DNA of 64,000 nucleotides from Candidatus Latescibacterota bacterium (GTDB lineage Bacteria > Latescibacterota > UBA2968 > UBA8231). Position numbers and translations under genes: made by a program. The stretch is from assembly GCA_965215195.1 (NCBI GenBank), contig CBDCDC010000002.1, positions 1,056,001-1,120,000 of the forward strand, given 5' to 3'. The notes beneath the pieces were generated by a model. That model saw only the letters and a program-made list of their open reading frames with translations, searched no databases and was not told the origin of the DNA. Shown in pieces: positions 1 to 9,932 of the stretch (the first letter of the stretch is position 1; the number at the start of each line of letters is the position of its first letter).

Positions 1-1062
1 GTTTTCAATCAGGTTGATGGCCAAATTGTCGCCCCAGCCGTGCGCTTTGACCTCGGCTAGGCGCGGCAACTCGCGGCGGTAGTAATCCCGCCGCCCTTGG
101 CGCTGCGCCTCTAGGGCCTGATAGGTGGCCTCAGCGACCGGCTCCTCGCGGCCGGCTACGTCGCGCGCAAAATAGACGATATCCCCGCGCGCGGCGGCCG
201 GCAGGGCCTCCCACGCCTCCTGCGCAATCTGTTCGGCCCGGCCGCCGCGCGTGTCCGTGATGACGATGCGGATCGTCTCGAGCTTCCGCCCGGTCCACTC
301 GGGCGAGCGATGCAAGCTCTCCGCCAGCTTCTTGTCGCTGACCGCGCCAGTGGCCGGGGGGAGTTCCGGGCTGGTGTGCTCGCTCTCGAAGATGTATTCG
401 CGCTGGGTGGTATTGGGCGCGTCTTGCGGGATGAAAAGCTGGAAGCCGATGCGGCTGTTCGGCTCGTGCAGCAGTGCGCTCTGCCGGTCCGACAGCAGCA
501 TGATGAAGCGCAGGAAGGGATCCCCGAGCGACTCATCCACGAACTGGAGCGCGAGCCGCTCCACCGGCACCACCCTCCCCAAATCCACCTCGATCCACCA
601 CTGCTCGATGGGGTCGCGCGGATCCGGTTCCCAGAACGTGGTCGGATCGCCATCGAGAATGTTGGCCGCGAGCTGGGGATTGGACCCCACCCGGCTGATG
701 CCGGGCCGCACCCAATAGTCGAAGACTAGCTGGTTGAGCGTATTCCGTATGGGCTCGCCGAAAACGTCGAACTGCATGGTGCTGTCGATGGTGCCGATGC
801 GCGGCTCGGGCTTGCTGATGACGATCGGACGCCTGAACCCGGGATCGTCTAGGACGTTGAAGACCGTCCGCAGGGCGTGCGCCCGCACCGAGCCGTCCTC
901 GTGGATGCGCGCCAGATGGGTGGGAATGGACCACTGCTGCCAGTGGCTGGCCCGCTCAACTAGGACCTCGTCGGCGGCGATCTGATAGCCCGCTTGGGCC
1001 TCGGCCCCTGCCCAACTCAGCGCTAGGCCGACGAGGATCTGCACGGCCAAGTGGCTCTTCAT
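1..1062 (-). CDS. Secreted discoidin-like domain protein, paralog of 21394..23865 (runs off the window edge)
   Basis: Not in the ORF track; translated by hand from ATG 1062: MKSHLAVQILVGLALSWAGAEA (signal peptide)...ILDGDPTTFWEPDPRDPIEQWWIEVDLGR. This matches YWQPDLGDPLQKWWIEIDLER in 21394..23865. Frame is open to position 1. Confidence 0.8.
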   Translation of the reverse strand, partial: MKSHLAVQILVGLALSWAGAEAQAGYQIAADEVLVERASHWQQWSIPTHLARIHEDGSVRAHALRTVFNVLDDPGFRRPIVISKPEPRIGTIDSTMQFDVFGEPIRNTLNQLVFDYWVRPGISRVGSNPQLAANILDGDPTTFWEPDPRDPIEQWWIEVDLGRVVPVERLALQFVDESLGDPFLRFIMLLSDRQSALLHEPNSRIGFQLFIPQDAPNTTQREYIFESEHTSPELPPATGAVSDKKLAESLHRSPEWTGRKLETIRIVITDTRGGRAEQIAQEAWEALPAAARGDIVYFARDVAGREEPVAEATYQALEAQRQGRRDYYRRELPRLAEVKAHGWGDNLAINLIEN

Positions 1063-1171
1063 GGTTCCGCGTTCTCCCTCGCTCGCCGGGGTCTGCATCC
1101 CCCGGACCCTTTTCCTACAAAAAAATGTGATAAAACCCTAGCCGCTGCGGAAGGGGAGACCGGGGGTGCGT

Positions 1172-1900
1172 TCACATCCCCCACACCTCAATCGCCGCCC
1201 CACCAACCGATGTCCGCTGGTCGCGAAACACTTTGTCGGCCCAACGCCTGTTTGCGCGCCGGTCAAAAATCACCAGATGCCCGGCTTCAGCTCCGCAGCG
1301 ATCCATGTACCCCACCGTCTGTTCCACCCCCTCGGCAACCGTCTGCTCCAAGCTCTTGTGCAGAATTTTGCACTCAACCACTATCTTGCGCGTCTGTTCG
1401 CCCTGCGGCCATACCATGAGTAAATCCGTCCGTCCTCGGCCCAACCCATACTCTCGCTCAATCCGCCCGCCGCTATTGACAATGCGCTGCAAAAACGCCT
1501 GCACCTCGGCCCAGCGCGTCAACTCCTCGCGCAAGGCCCCCGGTCCAAACTCGGCGAAAATAGCGGCCCACGTCTGGGTTAGAAATTCGTCGCCTAGCGT
1601 CAAGCGCACCCGAGAAGCCAGTTCGCCCAAGATGACCTGAGTGGCCTGTTCCACATCTTCGCGCAGGGCTTGGGCGGGCTCCACATTGACGTACGCGCAG
1701 CCGTAGTCGCTTCCGGCGTTGAGCAGGTCGCGCAGGGCCAGCAGGGCCGAGGTCTTGCCCGTCTGGCGCGGCGCGTACAGCACAAAGTACTTTTTTTGCT
1801 CGATGAGGGTCCGCACCTCGTCGAGATCCAAGCGGTCCAACGGCGGAATGTGGTAGTGATTTGGGGCCTTGACCGGGCCAGCCGTGTTGAAAAAACGCAT
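1172..1900 (-). pseudogene. AAA-like ATPase + PD-(D/E)XK nuclease protein with a probable large internal deletion
   Basis: MRFFNTAGP start, Walker A APRQTGKTS and C-terminal QAFLQRIVNSGGRIEREYGLGRGRTDL...VECK. Only 242 aa, with no Walker B; the family is usually about 500 aa. Confidence 0.7.
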
Positions 1901-1994
1901 CGCGGCAGGTCCTCGCCTGTGCGTAAGTGGATGCAAAAGCTATTAGATAGGGTCAAAATACAGGGCTGTCAAGGTAGCTGCCGCCGGCGAGTCC

Positions 1995-3623
1995 TTACCA
2001 GTCCACCAAGACGGCGACTTGGTCCTTGTACTTGTCCTGCAACTGGCGGATAAACGCGCCAATTCGCTCGTTTTCCCGCTGGCGGCGCAAGCTGGCGGCC
2101 GCTCGGCGGCGCGCCTCGGCAAAGGGCTGGATCTGGCCGCCCTCCCGCCGCAGCACCCGGAACACCGCGTACCCGTCCATGCTCTCTAGCGGGCCGACGA
2201 GCGCGCCGACCTCCGCGGCAAAGGCCGCTTGTACCAGCTCGGGATAGCGCGGCTCGTACAGGCGCAGCAGGCGCGTCTCCCAGCCGTGCTCGCGCACCGC
2301 GTGTCCCTCAATGCCAACGTGCGAGCGCACTCCGGGCCGGTCGAGTAGGTCGGCTATGGACGCGCCGGCCTCCAGCTCGGTGCGCAGGGCTTGGGCTTTC
2401 TCTTGCCCGGCGGCCCACAATTCGTGGACGACCACGGCCTCGTGCGTACGATAGCGGTCCTTGTGGGCCTCGTAATGCGCTCGGATCTCGTCCTCGCTGG
2501 GCGCGGCCCCGGCCGTGGCCCGTTGGAAGAGCTGATTGAGGATCAGGGCCCGGCGCTGGTGCTCGCGCCACTCGACAAAGGCCGCCTCTTCAGTCCAGCC
2601 GCGCTGGCGCGCCTCGGCCTCAAAGAGCCGCACTGGCAGCAGCAAGCGCCCGATCCGCTCGGCGGCCTCGTCCTGTAGGCCCTGGGCCCCGACCGCTTGC
2701 AGGCTGCCCAAGCCCTCGGCCACGCGGATCGCGCCGCCTTCGTACGTATAGAAAGGGTGATTCAATTCGTCCGTCGTCAGGGAGCGCTCCGCGCTCCGGA
2801 ACAAGATGGCCTCGCCCTCTGGATCTAGGCGTACGCCGTAGCGGCGGCCGAGGCGTTCAAACTCCTCTTCTTCCTTCTCCCGGATCCGTTCCTTGCGCAG
2901 CCGCTCGGCCACTTCCGCGCTGTAGTCGGCGAGCGCGGCCGGGCGATCCTCGACAAAGCGGAAGACCTGATAGCCGCCGGCGAGCGCGACCGGCTCGGCC
3001 ACCTGCCCAGCGGGCAAACCCGCAAAGACAGCGGGCGGGATGGAGAACCGCCGCTCGGCTTGCGTGCGCCCGATCCAGCCGACCACGCCATCGCCCTGCG
3101 AGGCGAAGAGGTCGTTGGCGGCAAAGCGCGCGGCCACCTTCTCAAAGGGCTGGCCCGCGCTCAGGCTGCTCCCGACCGCCTTTAGCTCCTCGCGGGAGCG
3201 CACCAAGATGCGACTCAAGAGCCGCTCGCGGTCAAACTCCATCTCGGCAAAGGCGCGCTCGACATCTGCGGCTGTGATCGCCACCTGCGGCAGGATGACT
3301 TGGGCGCGGTAGCGCTCCACGAGGCGCTGCCGCACCATTTCGCGGAGCTGGTGCGCAACCGCCGAACTGGTGTCGATCCCGAGCGCCCGGGCCTCGACAA
3401 ACATCAGCTCCTCGTCGATCATCGACTGCAAGTGCTCGCGGTCGGCCGCACGTCCTTCCTTGGGGCTGCGCAACCCCGGTGGCAGGTGCTCGACAAAAGC
3501 CGCAAATTCGGCCTGCTCAATCTCCACCTCGCCGACGCGGGCGACGATGGCCTCGTCCTCGCCGCACCCTGCCAACAACAGGGTCAGCAATCCCCAAAAC
3601 CTACTCGATAAATAGCGCATCAA
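1995..3623 (-). CDS. Parvulin-type (PpiC/SurA-like) peptidyl-prolyl isomerase lipoprotein
   Basis: Lipobox LLAGC, IVARVGEVEI N-domain, two rotamase-like segments (FEKVAARF...GVVGWI...PVALAGGYQVFR; GPLESMDGYAVFRV). Confidence 0.85.
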   Translation of the reverse strand: MMRYLSSRFWGLLTLLLAGCGEDEAIVARVGEVEIEQAEFAAFVEHLPPGLRSPKEGRAADREHLQSMIDEELMFVEARALGIDTSSAVAHQLREMVRQRLVERYRAQVILPQVAITAADVERAFAEMEFDRERLLSRILVRSREELKAVGSSLSAGQPFEKVAARFAANDLFASQGDGVVGWIGRTQAERRFSIPPAVFAGLPAGQVAEPVALAGGYQVFRFVEDRPAALADYSAEVAERLRKERIREKEEEEFERLGRRYGVRLDPEGEAILFRSAERSLTTDELNHPFYTYEGGAIRVAEGLGSLQAVGAQGLQDEAAERIGRLLLPVRLFEAEARQRGWTEEAAFVEWREHQRRALILNQLFQRATAGAAPSEDEIRAHYEAHKDRYRTHEAVVVHELWAAGQEKAQALRTELEAGASIADLLDRPGVRSHVGIEGHAVREHGWETRLLRLYEPRYPELVQAAFAAEVGALVGPLESMDGYAVFRVLRREGGQIQPFAEARRRAAASLRRQRENERIGAFIRQLQDKYKDQVAVLVDW

Positions 3624-3761
3624 CTTCCATCACTTAGGTCTGCATTCGTGCGTTCAACAGGGCCGGCCGGCCTTTGACCTCGGTCTCCGCTAGGGCTACA
3701 TTCGCGCCGTGTAGTGCTGCCATAAGCCAAAAGATCCGCATCATCTATTATCGAGACAAGT

Positions 3762-5498
3762 ATGAGAAAATTTCTCCAAAAGACAAAACTCGCCGCTTGG
3801 GGCCTGCTCGGCGGCTTGGCGCTCGCCGCCTGCGGCATCGACGAGGGGGCCATACAGCACGTCCCCCGCAACCGCACCCTCATCCTCGGCCTGCCGCAGA
3901 TGCGGGACTACGACTCGTTTAACCCCTTTATCGTCGGCACCCAATCCCCGGGCTTCGACTACCTGTTTGAGCCGCTCTACTTCTACAACGCGTACGTAGA
4001 AAAAGACCACGTCATCCCTTGGATCGCCGAAAGCCACGAGTACAACGCCGACTACACAGAAGTGACAATCCACATTCGCAAGGGGGTGGCGTGGAGCGAT
4101 GGGCGGCCTTGGACCGCCCACGACCTCAAGTTCACCATTGACATGCTCAAGGCCCACGCCCCGGAGCTGGCCTTTTCCACCGACATGGACACCTGGGTCG
4201 CCGCGGTCGAAGTCCCGGATTCGCTGACGGCGCGGTTCGCGCTCAAAGCGCCCAACCCCCGCTTTGTGTTCTCCTATTTTACCTACAACTTCGGCAACGG
4301 CATCCACATCGTGCCCAAGCACATCTGGGAGGGCGAGGATCCGACCTCGTTCAAAAACCTCGACTTGGCCCGCGGCCGGCCGGTCGTTAGCGGCCCCTAT
4401 CGCTTGGTGCGCTCCGCTCCCCAGCAGCGGCTCTGGGATCGGCGCGAGGACTGGTGGGCCGCCCAAATCGGCTTTCAGCGCCTGCCGAGGGTGGAGCGCA
4501 TCATCTACCTGCCCCAAGGCGACGAGAACAAGTGGGTGCAGCTCATCCTCGCCAACCAGATGGATCAGTGCATTGACTTGCGGCCCTCCAACATCAAGAC
4601 CCTTCTCGACCAAAATCCCAACGTCACCACGTGGTCGGGCCGCCAACTGCCCTACGGCTATCGGGACTGGTGGCCGCCGGCCCTCGGCTTTAACAACCTA
4701 GAGCCGCCCTTTGACGACCCGGACATTCGCTGGGCCGTAAACCACGCCATCGACCGCGAACAGCTCGTGGCCATTGGCTGGCAGGGTGCCGGTGAGTACA
4801 CCCTGTTGCCCTTCCCCCACTTCCCGCCGCTGATGCACTACATCGACCAAGTGCAGGATCTGCTAGCAAAGTATCCAGTGGGGCAACACGACCTAGCTCA
4901 GACCGCAGCCATCATGGAGCGCAAGGGCTGGCGCCGGGATGCGGAAGGTATGTGGCAGCGAGACGGCGAGCGCCTGAAAATCCCGGTCGTCGTCTTTCCC
5001 TCGCTCTTCCAAGACTTCACGCCCGTGTTGGTCGAGCAACTGCGCCGCGCCGGTTTCGACGCCTCCTTCCGCATGTTTTCCGACGCCTATACCCGCATGA
5101 CCCAAGGCACGGCCCGCGCCTTTGTCATGGGCAACGGCGGCTCGGTGCGCGACCCGTACTTTACCCTGCGGCTCTACCACAGCCGCTACGTCCAGCCCAC
5201 TGGCACGGCCACTCCGTCTTTCTGGCGCTGGCGCAACGCGGACTTCGACCGCTTAGTCGATCTCATGGGCCAGACCGCGCCCGACGACCCGGCGCTCGTG
5301 CCGCTGTTTCGCCAAGCCCTCGAGATCTGGCTGGCCGAATTGCCGGCCATTCCCCTGCTCCAGTGGTTCCACCGCATTCCCCACAACCAAACCTACTGGA
5401 AAAACTGGCCCTCGGCCGCAAACCCCTACATGAACAGCGCCTATTGGGTGCGCTCGTTTTTGATCGTGCTGTTGGGGTTGGAACCGGCCCAGCGCTGA
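3762..5498 (+). CDS. ABC transporter substrate-binding lipoprotein, family 5 (OppA/DppA-like)
   Basis: Lipobox ALAAC; WIAESHEYNADYTEVTIHIRKGVAWSDGRPWTAHD; PFDDPDIRWAVNHAIDR. Confidence 0.93.
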   Translation: MRKFLQKTKLAAWGLLGGLALAACGIDEGAIQHVPRNRTLILGLPQMRDYDSFNPFIVGTQSPGFDYLFEPLYFYNAYVEKDHVIPWIAESHEYNADYTEVTIHIRKGVAWSDGRPWTAHDLKFTIDMLKAHAPELAFSTDMDTWVAAVEVPDSLTARFALKAPNPRFVFSYFTYNFGNGIHIVPKHIWEGEDPTSFKNLDLARGRPVVSGPYRLVRSAPQQRLWDRREDWWAAQIGFQRLPRVERIIYLPQGDENKWVQLILANQMDQCIDLRPSNIKTLLDQNPNVTTWSGRQLPYGYRDWWPPALGFNNLEPPFDDPDIRWAVNHAIDREQLVAIGWQGAGEYTLLPFPHFPPLMHYIDQVQDLLAKYPVGQHDLAQTAAIMERKGWRRDAEGMWQRDGERLKIPVVVFPSLFQDFTPVLVEQLRRAGFDASFRMFSDAYTRMTQGTARAFVMGNGGSVRDPYFTLRLYHSRYVQPTGTATPSFWRWRNADFDRLVDLMGQTAPDDPALVPLFRQALEIWLAELPAIPLLQWFHRIPHNQTYWKNWPSAANPYMNSAYWVRSFLIVLLGLEPAQR

Positions 5499-5622
5499 GA
5501 AGCTGACGAGCCCGACGCGTCCATGGAGGACTAGTCCGACCATCGAGTATTTGGGGTTTGCGCTGGTTTTTGAGTTGTGAAATTGCGGATGCCGTTGGCG
5601 CAGGGGCTATCAGGCACTTCGA

Positions 5623-5952
5623 TTAGGTTCGACTGCTTAGCGGCGAATCCGTATGCAAATCCTCGTTCTTCTGAGACTCTTTCTCCGGATTCATCCATGC
5701 AGGAAGAGGGGTCCCTGTAGCCTCCGCATACAAGGTCTCCGGTGCTATGTCGATCTCGTTGCCCCACGTCAAGACGCCAAGCTCCTTGTTGATAGCGAAA
5801 CTCCGAAAGAACTCAAGATCCCTGAAGTGCTCAAATACACCTCGCCGCTCCAAGTACTTTGCGAAATCAACGGTCCCGCGCTGGCCGTTATCGAACTCTA
5901 GCTCGATTAGGTAGCCGCCCTGATAGATAGCAGAAACAACGTCGTGTAGCAT
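5623..5952 (-). CDS. DUF2442 domain protein (partner of DUF4160)
   Basis: LEFDNG..G.VD...F..F....F...LTWGNEIDIAPETLY signature; start taken at ATG 5952. Confidence 0.85.
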   Translation of the reverse strand: MLHDVVSAIYQGGYLIELEFDNGQRGTVDFAKYLERRGVFEHFRDLEFFRSFAINKELGVLTWGNEIDIAPETLYAEATGTPLPAWMNPEKESQKNEDLHTDSPLSSRT

Positions 5953-5965
5953 ACAGAGCTCCTTT

Positions 5966-6226
5966 CTATTGAAGAGGAGATATCCTTCTAGGGGGCCTGT
6001 CGTTTCGTGCTGCATCCCAATTGTCCATTAACTCCGGCTGATGTTGAGACGCCCACTCCACGACCAAACCTAGCACCCGAGGAGGCAGTTTTCCCTCCAA
6101 AACCCGCAGCGATGGAATCTCAATGGCTGCTCGGTTTCCCCCGTAGCGCGCATGGAAATGCGGTGGGTTGTGATCATCATAATACATCGAAATGACGATG
6201 CCATAGAAACGGGAAATCTCAGGCAT
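5966..6226 (-). CDS. DUF4160 domain protein (putative TA module)
   Basis: MPEISRFYGIVISMYYDDHNPPHFHARY...VVEWA.QHQ.ELM.NW signature. Confidence 0.9.
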   Translation of the reverse strand: MPEISRFYGIVISMYYDDHNPPHFHARYGGNRAAIEIPSLRVLEGKLPPRVLGLVVEWASQHQPELMDNWDAARNDRPPRRISPLQ

Positions 6227-6240
6227 CTCCTATGCTCCTA

Positions 6241-7376
6241 TAGCAGTCCTAAATCATTTAAGATCTACTGTATATTGCATCAATTTTGGAAAATGGAAGT
6301 ATTTTTTCTGTCGAATGCCCTTTACGAACAGGTCTTTAATCTGCTCAAAACAGGTCGTCGCCAGCGCATGGGTACGAACAAAGGTCTTGCCTTGTAACCA
6401 GATGTCCTCGACCGGATTTTCTTGCGGGGTATACGGAGCCAATCGCGTGCAGTCTATCTTCCACTCGTTCGGCGGTAGCGAGGCTTGGATCGTTTGTAGA
6501 AAATCGCGCATGATATGTTGATGATGATAGGAAGCACCATCCCAAAAAATCAACACCTTTTGACCCGGCCGCCGTTGTTGTAGATAGCGTAGGAAATCGA
6601 CCGTATGCTGCGAATGGGCCTTGGGATAGCTTTGCATGAGGAAAGTACCCTTGACCACATCCAAGGCCCCATAATAGGTTTGGCGTTGGCGTCCCTTTTC
6701 AATAGCCACCTCAAGGCGTTGGTCTCGACGGCCCCAACCATAGCCACACGCATCAGCCCAACACAGGTGCGACTCATCGATGAAAAAGGCACTGACTTGA
6801 CCCGCTTCGATCTCGGCTTTATGCGCCGTTCGTTTTTTTTTATTTCTTCTCGTTGGTCTCGCCCCTGTTGGGGATCGGCTTGGGCTGTCGAGCCTGCGTC
6901 TTTTTCCAGCGATAGCCCGCCTGAGAAAGAATCGCGTAATAACTTTGCGACGATTTGAAGACCACGCCAAACTGCGTTTGGATATAGGCGGCTAACGAGG
7001 CGACCGAAGGCTGCGATTGGGGCGCTAACCACGCATGGATTTGCGCCCGTTGATCGGCCGACAAATACGGCTGCGAGCCTTTATAGCCTAAGCGAAAGCA
7101 GGCAACCCCCTCGGATAGGTAGCGCTTCTTCCACGTACTGATGAAGCTCGACTGCACCCCGAGAATCGCTTGTATCGCACCTTGTTTGATGCCCAACAGC
7201 GTCATCTGAACCGCTAACGCTCGTTTCAGTTCCCGGGCGTCGGGATTGCGCGCGATAAACGCAGATAAAGACGTATCCGAAACCATAGACAACCTCCAAA
7301 AAAAGACGAAGCATAGGAAAACGTAGAATGAAAATAGAAAAAACCATGAAACCTCTCAAGTCGTTTAGGACTGCTA
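6241..7376 (-). mobile_element. IS630-family insertion sequence with frameshifted transposase
   Basis: TIRs tagcagtcctaaa (6241-6253) and tttaggactgcta (7364-7376) with flanking TA on both sides. HTH ORF 6840..7292; DDE ORF with IDESH, WDGASYH, PYTPQENPVE. The linker passes through a third frame and an A9 run. Confidence 0.9.
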
Positions 7377-7378
7377 TA

Positions 7379-8159
7379 TAATATGAACCGGTACGGTATT
7401 AGACCCCTCATATAAGTGGACATGTTCATAGACGCATGTGGTGTTTGGGGCCTGGCCGCGGGTGATGCACGCTAAGGATCGAACGGTGCCGTCGGCTCGT
7501 TGTATCGTGTAGTTGGCGCGCACCCGAATGACGAAGTCGACCTGCTGTTTCTGTAGATGGCGTAGCCAAGCGCCGCCGATAAACTCCCGGTCGGCCAACA
7601 GGCAACAGCGCCCCGCCGGCAGATAGGCTAACGCTCGGTTCAATAGGTTGATTTGATCGGACATAGCGGCGTTGCCCGCCCGCCCCAACGCCACCGATTC
7701 AATCGGGATCGAGACCCGTTGGTGAACCACCCCTAAGCACAACAGATTGTGATGGGTTTGGCCGTACTGCCAGTGGGTGCGATCCAACGTCAGCAAGACC
7801 GGCGTACCCGGCTTGACCACCTGGTGCATGATCCGTTGGGTGCCTACCTGCGGCGACCACCTGCCGCTGAGAAACCGCTGCAAACGGCGATAACAACTGG
7901 CAGGGGTCGCCGACCCCCAAACGGCGGCAGCCACCTGCTTCATATTGACCGAACGGGTCTGTATTAACGCCCACAGCAGACGAGGCAACAGGTCGGCTTG
8001 ATAGCGCGTCATCGAGCAAGCTCCTTGACGTAGTGCTCGTTTTAACGTATGAAATACGCTCACAGTGCAGCTCCAAACGGTTAGGAGGAGGGTTGATGGA
8101 CACAACCAATAAACCTAACCGGGGGCTGCACTGCAATTTATTTGGTGTCGTGTAGTAAG
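7379..8159 (-). mobile_element. Truncated IS4-family element (5' half)
   Basis: TIR tgtcgtgtagtaag 8146-8159. Transposase (GTG 8063; LDRTHW, ADREFIG) is homologous to 62368..63432 but is cut off by the IS630. Confidence 0.85.
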
Positions 8160-8596
8160 CTGTGTCTCTGACAAAGCTGCCGCAAATGCTCTTCCAAAAC
8201 GCTGCCGGCCATAACCGCAGCGGGATCCTTATATCCCTCTTCAAGCAAATGCTGCGCCATTTCGAGAAAGTCAGAGAAGATCTCAGCGGAAACTAGTCCC
8301 TTGGTTGTAGTAAGCCAACCACCTGCCAATTCTTCCCGCGCAGCCGATAAGATGCCACGTCCTATCCGTGTGCAGTATGAATACGATTGATAGACCTTTG
8401 AATTGAATTCATCATAGTGAGTACGATCCTTGCCAAAAGTCATGGCGAGGAACGAAAGAGAGGCCGATCGAAAGGAGTAAAACAGCTCTATATCGACATC
8501 GGCGGAAAGCTCCTCTACCTCTTCGTCGGTCTGAATGACCTCGTCGGCATTTTGGATGAGTTGATCTATTCGTTGAATTAGGTCCTCAAGATTCAT
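8138..8596 (-). pseudogene. HEPN/DUF4145-like protein truncated by IS4
   Basis: LLEEGYKDPAAVMAGSVLEEHLRQLC motif; the last residues (LLHDTK) are read from the IS4 TIR; no RxxxxH motif remains. Confidence 0.65.
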
Positions 8597-9682
8597 TACG
8601 ATTCTCCCCTCTTGCTAATCTGACTTTACTTGTGCTGCCGGCAAAGAGCCTTTGAATCAACCCTCTCTTGATCTGTCGAAGGGTGGTAAGTTTCGTTTGG
8701 AGCAATTCGACGCGGCGGTCAAGACAACACAAGGACGGCAGCAACCCGTTGCTGTTCCTCGACCTGTTGAGGAACTTGCAACTCAAGCCGAACGAACTCA
8801 CTCTTGGATACTTCTGGGAAAGTACTTCCGCTCGTGAGTCGCTCCAGCACATGCCGTTGCTCAACCAACGAGTAGTAAATGAACTCTGGACAGATACTTG
8901 CTCCGAAAACAAGGCTCTTGAATCCCTGATTTGTCGCAAGTAGGACGCCAGCGATCGCGCACTCGCCTACAGACGTGCGAGTGCATACGATCAGAGCACC
9001 TGACGGAACAAGCGTCGTGCTAGAGGCTTTCGACCCTTCATCCGTAATGGTCCTTTCAGTTGACCGAATAACCGGACTGCTGTTTGGTATATCCGATAGA
9101 GTGCACCACATGTGTTTCCTTCCCCAATATTTTGCACACCGAGTATCGGGAGTTCCACCAGACACAATGTCCCATACTTCCTAGTGAACGACGTATCCAC
9201 GGTTCCCTGAAATCCGAAAACCGGTGTTCACCTGAGATCAGTCGTTGCGCGATTCCTTTCTTGAGCCTTCGCTTCGCGACTATGAGATCTTCAGTTCGCG
9301 CAATTGCTTGGTCGGCTGATGCGAGAATGGCAGCAATTCTCAGTTGCTCTTCGTGCTTGGGCACCTTTAACGATAGGCCGTTCATAGCATTGAGTCCCAG
9401 ACCAAATCGAGTAACACCATTTGCCATGTGGCTAAACTCATAACGGCTCTCGAGAATACGAAGAAGCTGGGCAAGAAAGGGACCATGTATCTTTTTCGGG
9501 CGCAGAATAGCCAAGTGCTACCCACAGATTACACACGGCAGACCCTCCACAACAAGCACTGGGTTTCAGAATCCTTCGCAATTATGATGTCCCATTTCTT
9601 CAGAGAATATCTTTCAATCTCAGCGTCACTAGCTGTTGCAGCCATAAAGTCAAGATCAGAAGATATCTCGTCGTTGTAATAG
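8586..9682 (-). pseudogene. hsdS: Type I restriction-modification specificity subunit, multiply frameshifted
   Basis: Fragments in several frames: KDSET, ANGVTRFGL...EEQLRIAAIL..AD, SGGTPDT, TRTSVG...ATNQGFKSL, SGSTFPEVSK...EEQQRVAAVL, KRGLIQRLF. Confidence 0.85.
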
Positions 9683-9751
9683 GTTTCTTCAATCTCGCGA
9701 AAAATGCGAAGCATATTGGCTTTCAATTTACTCTTTGAAGATAGAAGGCAT
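9683..9751 (-). pseudogene. 5' remnant of a Phd/YefM-type antitoxin fused to hsdS
   Basis: ATG 9751, then (after a frameshift) SKLKANMLRIFREIEET, which resembles Phd N-termini; palindromic operator upstream. Confidence 0.5.
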
Positions 9752-9780
9752 TATTTCTTCTTTTTTATTTATGACTACAG

Positions 9781-9798
9781 TTATGACTATGGTCATAA
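9781..9798. promoter_or_regulatory. Palindromic operator-like site
   Basis: ttatgac-tatg-gtcataa, with an extra ttatgacta half-site just upstream; about 30 bp from ATG 9751. Confidence 0.5.
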
Positions 9799-9932
9799 AA
9801 TGCGTACAGTTTTTTGTTGTCGAGATCATGGGCGGAAGCAGGAGGTGAGGCGCAGGAAGGACACGGACGGGACGCCGGCGGTCTAAGGATCGCGTTAGAG
9901 CCTCTAAGCATGACAATCGCTTCGCGAAAGGG

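Noticed and set aside
156-985. Several overlapping ORFs in the track
   Set aside because: They are shadow frames of the real minus-strand gene at 1..1062.
1098-1167. Imperfect inverted repeat between genes
   Set aside because: Single copy with no TSD; cannot be distinguished from a terminator-like hairpin.
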